From Phoronis australis (lineage: Eukaryota > Animalia > Phoronida): 64,000 bases of DNA. The stretch lies in NCBI GenBank assembly GCA_002633005.1, contig NMRA01000005.1, positions 1,535,236 to 1,599,235 of the forward strand. The letters are read 5' to 3'. Below are positions 12,946 to 24,293 of this stretch, one piece after another (position 1 is the stretch's first letter; each line of letters opens with the position of its first letter). The notes under the pieces were generated by a model. It was not told where the DNA came from and searched no databases. It was given only the letters and a program-made list of their open reading frames with translations. The position numbers were made by a program, and so were the translations under genes.

Positions 12946-15900
12946 AGTTCCTTCATCAATTCAGCGTGGATATCTCTTTCGTAATCTGACGACAGAAAAT
13001 GCTTGCCACACACTCGGTAATGGAGCTATTCGGAAAATTCACATTAACTAGAGGGCGCGCGTGTACTAGTGGTCATAGATGAACAGCCTCGATTTCGCGA
13101 CCCCTTTAAATACGGTGACATGTCTTGCAGCTGTGCCAACTGAATCTGAGATTGCGTGAAAAGGGTGCTTCTACGAGAGGAGGTAAGCCCACCCTAATAC
13201 AAAGGTAAGGTTTGTGGTTATTTTAACGATTATTCTATGTTTATTCTACGGATGCCTTTTAACTGAGGTCCTCGCCGATGTCGACTTCGCGGCAGTCTCC
13301 AGTCGGGTTAATCTCTGTTGTGATGTGTGTTACGATACTTGACGTAGCACTTGGGATCTTTTCGTACATGAAAGCAGTATTATCGTTTGGAATGATTTCC
13401 GACAGGTTTATCAGTGACAGTTACATCAATCAATGCTGAATGTTTATCCGCTGTCAACTCTGGTTAGTGAGTTAAAATTACAATCCAAGCCCAATGGCGA
13501 AGGGTAAGTGACAAATATCCATTAGACTATTTGTTTACTCCCTATCCTATGCCTTCCAGAAATCTATTACACGTTGAAATGGAAATCTATCATGTGCGTT
13601 TTCACGTGACCTTTGGTTTTTAGGTTTGAGGTCTTAAGTTGTACCGTGCAGAGGAGATATGCATCGCTTCTGCACCGTCCCTGAATGGACAAAAATTGGT
13701 TTTAAGCTTTTGACTGCAGCTAACCAGCAAGATCTTCCCGTCCAGTGCAGATCTGTTGTCAAAGCCTACTTTCTAAATCGGAGACAACGACCAAAGCATT
13801 TGAAAAGGAACAGCTATTTTTTTAAAGAAAGGTATGCAAGTCATTTTGTTTATTTACTTATTCTGGTCCTCAGCGGGGGATTGGTATAAAGGGTTAGGGT
13901 AGTAAAATTTGTTGCAACTGACTCTGTGGAAATAACAGGTAATAAACGTTTGAGGGAAAGAGCATGGCGAGGTAATTCTTAATCTTCATGAAGCTCCTTC
14001 GAGTTTATTTCATGAAACCGTTTTGCTATAAATTGTAAACCCATAAAAATATATTACATTTTCTAAATTTTCAGTGAGTCTTAACTCATGCCTTGAAATG
14101 TTGCAAGTCATTTATAAATTCAAATGATTGCCATTTTGTGAAAATTGCATTTTTGATGGTGCCTTACGATTTGTAATTACTCTTGAACAACAGAAAGATT
14201 ATCCATCATTTTTAAATGACCCAAGTAGTCATATCTTCCATTAGAAGAAAAATAAAATGTCTGAGAAACCGTTCCCTCAGCCTTAGACCAGAAGTATGCT
14301 TGACAGACCCATGAATCTGTAATCGGAGATTAAAATTGCTGAAAGCATCAAAAATATAAACCTTGAAAATGGTAACAAAGGTTTTAAGTTGTCTCAAAAA
14401 ACTTGCATATTTTGCAGACAAGTGATGCGTTTAAAGAATTGCTATGGCTAAGAATGAACGATAAAGACGCAGTTTTATACAATAGTTATTATGTACACCC
14501 TTGCTTTCTGAATATAGTAATTATTTATTTTTTTGTGAAATTGTAGAGCAGTCACCGTATCATATTTTTGAAAAACAGGGGCAGCATTTTTAACCCAACT
14601 TGGACTACTTAATTATCCATATTTCAACATTTGTTCCAGGTTCAGTGACATTTTAAGACCACTTCAAGCCGCAACACAGACAAGCTTTGTTACTCCTTTC
14701 TCTTCCCACAGCATTTACAGCAGTGCTGCATGGCACAATGTCCAAGTCAGTGGTACTGGAGAAATGTGAATCGCAGTACTAATTTACCATAAAACAATGT
14801 GCCAGTGGATTGTTTGTGTATGAAGAGAAACTAAATCTGACTGCTACACAAGTCAGTTTCATTAGTGAGGATGTCCTTTGATAGGCAGTGAGTCATGTGT
14901 GGACAATAGCTTATTTCCTTTTCTGGAAGAAACATGAGGGACTGAACCTAAAGAAGACCTAGTGACACTCTAGTCTAGTTCAGGGTCAGAGTTTGCGCAC
15001 AAAACAAGTCAAGTGATATGCTGTTGTGTGTACCTTGTGGATGTTATTGAGGCTGAATGAGGTTACACGAAGGAAAGCCACGTGCTGAAACTGGATCTTT
15101 TTTACAAACGCTTATATAGGCCATTGAAACTAGATCCCAGTGAAATGAAAACCAAAAGCATTTGTGATAAATATCTGTTCTTTCTCACTGAGTGACATTA
15201 ACTTTTCCTTTCAGAAGAAAGGCTTTTTACAAATGGTAAAAACTTTTCAATTTGGCACACATTAGGGGGGATGACATTTAGTGACTGCATCGATTGTCTT
15301 ATTGTCAGTAGAAAGCCTGTTAATGTTACACTTTGATGATGGAATAATTTTTTCATCAACAGACAAGTTTGTCACTAATTATTGAAACCACAATATTTCT
15401 TCAGTTTTAAAGCCCCATACAGTGCAGTTGTGCTTATTTTTTATAAAGCTGAAATGATTACCGAATATGTTTACTGTCAGAATAAATATTGATTAAGTAA
15501 TTAGTAAGAATAGATCCATTTTAAGTGGCCCAAAATTTGTGCATATGTATTTTTAAATCATGGGGTCAGACTTGTGGACATGTATTTTAACGTCAAAATC
15601 TATTTTTAGATGGTGTTTACAACTTTGGGTTCTGGGGTCAAAGTACTCTAGAGATTCTAGAATATTCTGAGAACAAATTGTAATAATACGAGTGGATATG
15701 ATCATGTGGTTTTTATTAGCCAATCACTAAATAAATAGAATGTTATATTATGGGCTGAAATCAACAAGATAATTAGATGCGCTATAGTAGTTGAAGCATA
15801 AAGACTTGCTACAGTGTACAGAAGCAATTGTACGACAGAGCCATCTCGTAGAAGATTCTAGAAAGGATCTTGGCAAGGGCAAGGGTTAACGAACAGGAAG

Positions 15901-15996
15901 TTAACTAAGAGCTTGTCACTTGCATCGTGGGTAGTAAGATACTACCTGAAGTGTTGCGTCATCAGCCAGAGACTGTGACCAGCAAGAAGAATCGCG

Positions 15997-16290
15997 NNNN
16001 NNNNNNNNNNNNNNNNNNNNNNNNNNNNNNNNNNNNNNNNNNNNNNNNNNNNNNNNNNNNNNNNNNNNNNNNNNNNNNNNNNNNNNNNNNNNNNNNNNNN
16101 NNNNNNNNNNNNNNNNNNNNNNNNNNNNNNNNNNNNNNNNNNNNNNNNNNNNNNNNNNNNNNNNNNNNNNNNNNNNNNNNNNNNNNNNNNNNNNNNNNNN
16201 NNNNNNNNNNNNNNNNNNNNNNNNNNNNNNNNNNNNNNNNNNNNNNNNNNNNNNNNNNNNNNNNNNNNNNNNNNNNNNNNNNNNNNNNNN
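15997..16290. other. Assembly gap (N run)
   Basis: Run of N. Confidence 1.

Positions 16291-16352
<62 letters not shown>
16291..16352. repeat. (TG)n microsatellite ending in (CG)n
   Basis: Direct reading. Confidence 0.98.
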
Positions 16353-16354
<2 letters not shown>

Positions 16355-18174
16355 ATTATTTTTAGAGCTTTTTTAAGAAGGCCTTTGAACAATTGTAAGT
16401 TTTGTGTTAACTTGTCTATGAACAAACTTTCCACACGCAAGAAAAGTATGTTTTCAATTGTAGCTAGCTGGATAAGACTCTACTCTGCAAAAGATTCGAG
16501 AATAAAAATCATCAGTGTATTTAAAAATAAAATGGCAAACTGAACAACCACATACATACAAAGAAACAACATTGTGCATAATCGGTCATATCAAGAGCAG
16601 AATTCCTGAATTAGGCTCAATTCTCTCAAGTTATTGCTGAAGCATTGCTTTTCACTTTGTCAAAAGGTAAAATAGATGGTCACGCGGCTGGTTTCAGTAG
16701 TTTTCTCTTACCTGTAACAGAATAGTTGGAGAAATATTAGCAAATTATACAAGAAAATGCAAGACAAAACTACTTTTGTAAGACAGAACATACTTGATGT
16801 TTCATTTTCATGTTTTTATGTAGAAACTATTAATCTTTGTACCCAAGTCTTATTTAAGATCTGAATTAAAATACATGTATGTGAAACAGGCTAAAAGTGA
16901 TATAACAATGTGTATATTTCATGACACCTAAAATGTGCTTCTGATCTCGAAAAGTAAAATTCATTCTAGGTGTCAATTTTTGTTCCAATGTAATGTTACG
17001 ATATTTACTGAATAGCTTATTCATGTTCATTCTTGTTAATTGGGTAAGTACATGTAAATCTGGTAGTCCTGGGGGTGGGGTCGGCTATAAAATAAGGAAA
17101 CTCGCACATCTACAGAATTTTATTGGACATAGCATACTTCTTAAAGAGAAACTACTGTGAAAAAGTCACCCTTGACTTCTGATCGTCACGTACCATACAC
17201 CTCTTATGTTGGGCGCACTCCCACCCAGGACAATTGAATATGTGAATATGTGCTGCTAGCTCACCCGGCATCCGAGTCCCGGGTGAGTTTCCGAAAAGAA
17301 ACACTTAGTTCCACTCAATAAACCACCCGTTATTCAGTGGGGTAACTGGTGGGGATAACATCACCGAACGATGTCGATAGAAACTGGTTGCTAAAAACTT
17401 ACCAAGTAATGTTTATGTAGTCTCCAAATGGAAATGCATAGAGCACACACTGACGGGGCTTCCGCATCCACACACTTTTTGTCAGTTGGTTGATCCTTTT
17501 GACCGCTATTCTCCACAAATGTAGTACCTTTAGGTCTTTTGGGAATTTGTGACCACCTGTCGAAGACTTGCACCAAGGAAAATAGCAATAATAAGGCTTA
17601 GCGCGACGATGTATTTTGACAATAATTCCGTCATTTTATCACCTGTTTACATGCAGACAGCGACGCATGCGCAATTCAATCACCACTAGTACAGCAGCGA
17701 CACCGCGAAGAGAATTCTCCGAATAGCCCCATTCTCCACTGCTTTGTAGGTTGTGTGGACGGGTAACGATGCGTTCTTCAGACGAACAAGCTAAGTGCGG
17801 CGAAGTGAGTCATCTTCTGGAAAGCAATGTAATGGTACACCCAGAGGGCGCATGAGACAATAATGACTAGATCCCGGTTAGCAACAACTGTGCGGCTTGT
17901 TTGTTGACTGACTCGTAAACGATAGCAAACGACGACTGAACTTATAACAACTGAGGTAGAACGATGACTGACTCGACATCTCAAACAGTCAGACTATATG
18001 AAAATAAATGGCTCAAATTTCTTGACTCCCTAATCGTCACTTCCGGAGTAAGGGACAAGTAACTAATTAAACTACGATAAATTGTAATTAACTGAAAAGT
18101 AAGTCTGGGATAGTCAATTACTTTAAGAGCTACAGCGGCATACGACGAGTTAGTATAAATATATACTGTATACG

Positions 18175-18334
18175 CAGTAGCGGATCTAAGGAGGTGGGCC
18201 AAAGGAGCTCTGTCCCCTAAAATTCTCCGAGATTCCATTTCGCAGTTCAGGGGTGCGAATGTCTGACGGGCAAATTCTTGGCTAATATTCTGCACTGCCC
18301 CCCCTCTTAACTCAAAATCCTGGATCCGCCCCTG
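18175..18334. mobile_element. hAT-type MITE with 5-bp TSD
   Basis: CAGTAGCGGATC...GATCCGCCCCTG; flanks ATACG and GTATG (2 differences). Confidence 0.65.
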
Positions 18335-18992
18335 GTATGCCGGTTATTTATCAGAAGTTCTGACATTGATGTCAGTAAACCTATAAGGATCTAAGGATCT
18401 GAACTTGAATTGGTGGAAGTGGCTGAAATCCTAAACAGCCAATTTCAGTCTACTTTAAGGCCAAGTGAAAGTAAGCCATTGTGAACGATTTACGTGAAAC
18501 AATCGTTTTATGACCGAAAAGAACAGGCTTTATTTTTTACTTCATTGTGCATTTCAATTACCAAAGATACATGAAAGGTTTTGATTTTCAAAAATTAGGC
18601 CAAATTACGTTCCATTGGTTTTCTACAGAGAACTTGTCAGCAAAATACTTGTATTGATCTCATCCCATTCTCTTGATAACACAAGAACTAGGTTGCGAAT
18701 TGTCCAGTTTTATTACTTGTTATTATTGTCGTCGTCATGATTATTATTTCTATCACTATTATCAATATTACCACAGATACTATAGAGAAAAACCAACACC
18801 ATAAGAAGATCACCCCTCTGATACAAAAGAATGCCTCGCTTTTCTGCAGAGTGAGGCTATAAACTTTTGGCAATCAAAGAAGGAGCACTTTCAAGGTCAA
18901 GCATTTTGGTTTCGTACCGTACCGAAAATGTCATCCTGAAATTTTAGCCAAATCGTGTCGTGAAAGAGTCTACAAATTAATGTCTTTCTTAC

Positions 18993-19132
18993 CAATTTTA
19001 ATGTCGTTTGTTCATAAAAAAAATAGAAGACAACGTTGTGGATGAGAAGAAGGCCGACAGTGACAACAAAGACAAGCAACTCGTAAGGCCTTTCGCTGTA
19101 CACTCCATGGAGGACGTAGTACGCACAGAAAC
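18993..19132 (-). CDS. Internal exon of an uncharacterised multi-pass membrane protein
   Basis: Acceptor TTCTAG and donor GTAAG; the phase-1 start joins the previous exon; encodes CFCAYYVLHGVYSERPYELLVFVVTVGLLLIHNVVFYFFYEQTTLKL. Confidence 0.8.
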
Positions 19133-19394
19133 CTAGAACAGCACAAACCATATGATCACGCTTACAATAAAGCCTTTGGCCTATTATGCCATTAGATGAC
19201 TTTCGTCGTGTTGAAATTCACTATCAATGCCGGCAAATTTTCACTGATGTGAGGTGGGATGTACTAATTTCTTACGAAAGGAGGAACACCTCTTGAAACA
19301 TCCATGTCCCACAAATTTCCCACAGTGAAAAGAATTCGCGGCCACGGAATTGTTCCGGCCCACTCCTTTAATTGTGGTCATAAAAATTAACACT

Positions 19395-19600
19395 AATTGC
19401 AAGTGCTTAAAAATAACCGCAATCTCGAAGAAATTCAGCATAAAACAACACGGCGTTTCGCTTTATTAACTAAAAACATCATCAGGTGATGTTTACCTGC
19501 ACTCACCTGACGATGCTTTTCTTTTATACAAGCGAGTAATCGTGTTGGTTTTCAATAAAACTCTTTGTGATCGCGAATATTTTTAGTTTTTAACGCATTT
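19395..19600. mobile_element. Palindromic element with inverted hammerhead-ribozyme-like cores (Penelope-like remnant)
   Basis: Minus strand CTGATGA...CGAAAC (19485-19455); plus strand CTGACGA...(19507-) with a degraded GAAA; flanking arms are imperfect inverted repeats. Confidence 0.5.
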
Positions 19601-19848
19601 CATATACCAGAGAATTTGGAGAGTTGAAGGATGGGTGTTCGCTCATAAGTGTCACCAGGTGGCTATCACATCAATGTCACTGTCAAGTTTATTCGGCATT
19701 TTGTCACTCGGGTGGTTATAGATATGTACAGATAAAATGCAGTGAAGCTTCATTGAGATGACATTAACGCTCAATAAGACATTTGAAATTAATAGTACGT
19801 ACGGTATAACGTACTGTCAGAAACAGGATAGTTTAAAAGTAGACTTAC

Positions 19849-20011
19849 AAAGATGAAACGCAAAAATCAGGCTAACTGTGAAGTATGGCTCTGTAGGCTC
19901 GAAGACACAGACGAGATTATGGATGGCGAAGCCAAGTGCTCCAAATATACTCAGTAGAGAAATGATAAGAAATACTATTTCTCTCACGGTTGTATTGCCA
20001 CATCTTTTTCT
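19849..20011 (-). CDS. Internal exon of the same multi-pass membrane protein
   Basis: Acceptor TTTCATTTTAG and donor GTAAGT; 163 nt, open frame RKRCGNTTVREIVFLIISLLSIFGALGFAIHNLVCVFEPTEPYFTVSLIFAFHL; ends phase 1, compatible with exon 19132-18993. Confidence 0.8.
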
Positions 20012-20947
20012 CTAAAATGAAAATAAACACAATCAGACCATACACACTTTTATAATCCGTATTTTTCTGTTTTGCCACGAGTTATGGCAAATTTGAAGCA
20101 GACGAAATCAAAAGAGCTCGACTGACTGAGTCTAGTCGTGGCTCGAATTTCAAAAATATGGCGTCGCAGTCGTTGACAAAAGGACAGCGAAGACTGGGTA
20201 TTCAAAGGTGCTGCGCATTTTTACGCAAAGGCCCTATGCCTAAACTTACCTTTACCGTCATCTTCAAGCTTTTAGATTATTATCCTGAACCTGTTTTTTC
20301 AAATACCACAACCTTTACTGATTTCATACATAGCCATATATCGAATTAGCGGGATACAGGGAGCCTGCCTTCCCCTACGGATACGACAAACTGCAGCCAG
20401 CATACAGTTTCAGTAGTTACGTGTGTATTTATCCTTTTGTGCCCCCCTTACAACATCCTAGATCCGCCAGCGTTTTGCCTGTAAAAGGACAGAATAATGC
20501 AGGAGCAGCTCCTGCTAAGAAAATTGGGGGGAGGGGCAGATTTAACATACAACAATACCCGGGCTGCGTTCCGTAGACTACAAGACATTAGGTTGCACTT
20601 ACAGAGAAAAAAATTTGTTTTAGTTTGTTAAGAATTATTGGAGTTAAGCTCAGAAAGTGCTAGTAAGCCTTATAGTTGGGTGACAATACATATACAGTCG
20701 AATGCACAAGTTTTCGTATTCATTTAGATATACTATAATTTGGCAGTAATCTTTCTCGTATACATACAGATGAGATATGTGTCTCGAAATATCGCTTTGT
20801 AAATTATGTTACCTACTGATGTCGATTGAATTTTTATTGCACTGTTGTTGTGTAAAGACATGATATTTATTTAGAGAGTTGGAAAGAACTGAAATTAAAA
20901 TCGTAAGAACAGATCAAAGTTGTGTCTTTAATGAAAGGTGTATTTGA

Positions 20948-22999
20948 AGGAGCATGCCACCCAAAAACAACCTAATTTGTATCAATTTAGATCGAGTAGT
21001 TCTACTCAATAACCCCACGTACGGTTGCGTTACCTGAAACCTGACGGCAGATGGAGCGGTTGAAATTATCCAATGACGTCATTGGTTTCACACGCAGTCT
21101 GTTCAGCAGTTCACAACCCGGGTTACTGCTGTCAGCTTATTGCTTGAAATCATCGTTTAACATCAATAAATCATCAAACTTCTATGTAAAACCCTTAACA
21201 ATACACCGAGGTCTTATAAAAACGTGCTGTTTTATTTCGCTGTTACGGATTTATTGGTATTTGGAGACAGCGTAGCATACAAAGTTCGGCAGGACAATAT
21301 TTACCACTGAAGGTCCGTAGCAGGAGCTTGGGGTCTGTTCGGAGATAAATTCGGAATATTTTACCGTGAGATACAGACAGGAGAACTTAGATCTGTGTTG
21401 TATAGACTTGCGACTGTTTGAGGTCCAAACACACAAAACGCTTGTTATCCCGGCGAGTGCCGGGGTCTGGCTGTAGGTCTTTCCGATCAGGCCCGTCACG
21501 GCCCGGGGACTGACTCGTTATCCCGGCCAGTGACCGCTCAGAACCCGATCAGGCCGGACTGCAGACATCACGAACATAAACCAGCCAAAGTTGGAAACTA
21601 AGCTTCCAGTCAAGAAAATACTATTATACTAGTGAGCCAAAGTACTGTGCACGTGATTATGTTGGTGAATTAGCCACCTGCAAATCTACTTACTCGTGGG
21701 GGGCAACGAATTCAGGTCCCCCTTTGGCCACAGAACCTTCAGAGCAAAAGATGTACATTGAAAATCATTATTTAAATAATGTAAATGTAAATATAAATTT
21801 ATTTATTTATTTATTATTGTGATATTTAAAATGAGGGTGGCCTCTTCAGTGACAGCACTGCTTTCCAAGAGGGCCCTCAACAAGAAAAACAGTAATATAA
21901 TACAATGAAGTAATAAAACAACAATGAAATATACGTAACAAAGATACAATTAAAACAGTTAAGGTTGAGAATTAAGACAATAACTAAATGACAAATAATG
22001 GTAAAAAATTAACTAAGACAGATGAAATAAAGTAAGAGATGACTCTAGACAATGAGAGTATTTACGACAATGAAAAAATGACATGATTACGATAGGCAGG
22101 GTATAAAAGGTTAAGTAAAGATTCCCCTAACACCTGGCCGTGGAATAGAAAACCGAGTAATTGTTTCACAGCAGTTTCTGTCAGCAATCACTGAATTAGC
22201 ATGAGCTAACACGGCCTCGGTGTCCGGTCAATTGGTTTTATTGCACTTAAAGCCGGTAACGCAGTGATTTATTCATTGCAGCTAGGCTTCAGTCTCAAAT
22301 CATTTGGCATGCACTCACGAACACTCCAAAGGCATTACAAATTGCATCTAATGAGACAGACTTTGCTTCAGTTTTATATAAGTATTGGTTAGGGTGAGAA
22401 TAATTCATTTTGAAACAGAACGCTCAGTATTAAACGTCAGCATGGCAACTCGCAATCCCGACTTAGACGAGAGCTCATGCGACGAAGACTTCGCAGGTGG
22501 ATCGTTAAGTTTCACAGGCTATCAGTTCGAACCGGAATACAGTGATGAAGAAATACTAGAGAGGCGCCGTGAACAAGCTCAGGCAACGGAACGTTTGGAT
22601 AGTTATTTGGTAAGACGGCATTCGTCAGACTCACTGTCGACAACTGCAGGCCACAGACACGGAGATGTTTCATGGCCTAATACTTGCTACTTACAGCGTA
22701 CTGTTCATTCTTCACTACCGCGAGCCACTTCCTAAGCTATTCAGACTCTCGAGGAAGTCGAAAAAATGATATACCCGCTTTCCTCGCAGCTGCATAGTTC
22801 CGACAAGCAGGACGTCACACTGGAACATAACTTCATTCACTTTGCAAACGAACCACTGACGTCGGTACGTCGTTTCTCACCTTCCTCACTGGATAACGCG
22901 GCACCTCTCGGCAAGGTAATGTCGACCGCATGCGAGGCGATCTGGATATAGACCGATTAAGACGGTAAAATGACTAATTAAATCGGATGGCATTCTCCT
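20948..22999. mobile_element. Kolobok-type non-autonomous DNA transposon
   Basis: TIRs AGGAGCATGCCACCC and AGGAGAATGCCATCC (reverse complement); flanks TTGA and TTAA; internal + strand remnant at 22442-22610 MATRNPDLDESS...GYQFEPEYSDEEILERR, a KolX-like YxFEP motif. Confidence 0.75.
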
Positions 23000-24293
23000 T
23001 TAAATATACAGATACAAATACAACACGAATTTCAATTGTTTGCACAAGATCACCATTGTAAATGTAAAAACGGACAAAGATATAATTTCTAATGTAAATG
23101 TATGTTGCTTGTACAAAATATCTTGCCCATAAAGATCACGAATGATTACACGTTATACTTACCTAAAACGTACCGAGAGTGGCGTAGATGAAGTAATATC
23201 CCACGAGACATTGTTCCGCGTATCGATCGAGACCGCTTCGAATTCCTAAGTTTCTTTCATTTTTTCGGCAGATTTTTTAAATGCTTTACTCAGACTGTTC
23301 ACGTGACGGATCACATCTTATATGTATGTACTTGCGCGTAAGGTTGCAAGTTTTCTTTCGTAAAAGAAAGTTTTAAATGTTACGATTTATTACTTGAAAA
23401 AGAGATAACAAAGATAAAAACAATAGTAACTGTGCATTGAACTTGTAACATCTCCTGAAAATAGTTAAGCAACAACAATATCTGATATTGTAATTACCGA
23501 GGAATCGGCGCCTGAGTTGCAGACGATAAAATATTTAGCAATTGAAAATTGAGACAGAACTGTCATATAATTAACAGTTCTGTTCCAGATGTTACGATTC
23601 GGACCTGATTGCATGTTCAGTGTTATTTTAACAGTTGCAATTGTATTACTTTAAAGTATTATTGAAAGGTTTGATGGTCGAACCGGCGAGCGACGTCGAG
23701 TCGACATTGACCTACCTTTTGAACTTTCCATGTCAGAGGTCGCTGTTGGTGCAGGTGATTGCGGAAACAATATTATATGACCGTATTGCACTCAACTGAT
23801 TCAACGCGTATCGATAAATATATGGAAAGCATGTAAGGTATTTTATCCATAAATGTGAATTTAAAAAAGTCAATGTCAGTTTAAGTAACAAATCATTCCA
23901 CCATGAAATAGCAATTTAGCAACTCTTTCGAATAGAGCCATAATCAAGTAATTCAGACAATTGTGAGTGTTTTGAATATCAGGGTATTCATCGAGTGTCT
24001 GGAAAAGCTCCTCGTTCACTGCGCAGTCAAAGATGATGATGGAAGCCTTCATAGCAACACGGTTGTGACGGATCCCTAAGATGGCGTCTAAATTTATTGC
24101 TGTTAAGGAACAATCCGCGCTGATAGGTTTAGATATTTGAGGTTTGGTTATGGGAAATTAAATATGCCTTCTGCTTCATGAATGGCAGCAAAACCCTGTG
24201 AAAATAATCAAAATCTGCCTTTTTTCAATGACGTCAAGGCAGAGGCCAATCATTGCGCAGAAGGTAATTTCCATAACCAAGCCTCGAATGGCT

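Larger units (their letters stand above)
8436..13023 (-). pseudogene. THAP zinc-finger coding fragment interrupted by the Gypsy insertion
   Basis: Removing the LTR element and one TSD joins 13023-12946 to 8490-8436 in frame: HYRVCGKHFLSSDYERDIHAELMKEL-AKRRLKKGAVPSLLIPW, i.e. THAP CxxHF plus the AVP box. Confidence 0.8.

Noticed and set aside
13625-15250. Exon-like pieces that might be a decayed SWIM/YqaJ-type transposon gene
   Set aside because: Only vague motif resemblance, broken frames and no termini identified.
15678-15996. Possible LTR start (TGTAAT...) before the gap
   Set aside because: No partner LTR, PBS or TSD is visible because of the gap.
15916-16543. ORFs of 137-174 aa with HT/CV dipeptide runs
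   Set aside because: Artefacts of the N gap and the (TG)n microsatellite.
18688-18873. Hydrophobic 61-aa minus-strand ORF as the next exon of the membrane gene
   Set aside because: Hydrophobicity comes largely from low-complexity ATT/ATC-rich sequence and no family-like motif is evident; not excluded without RNA data.
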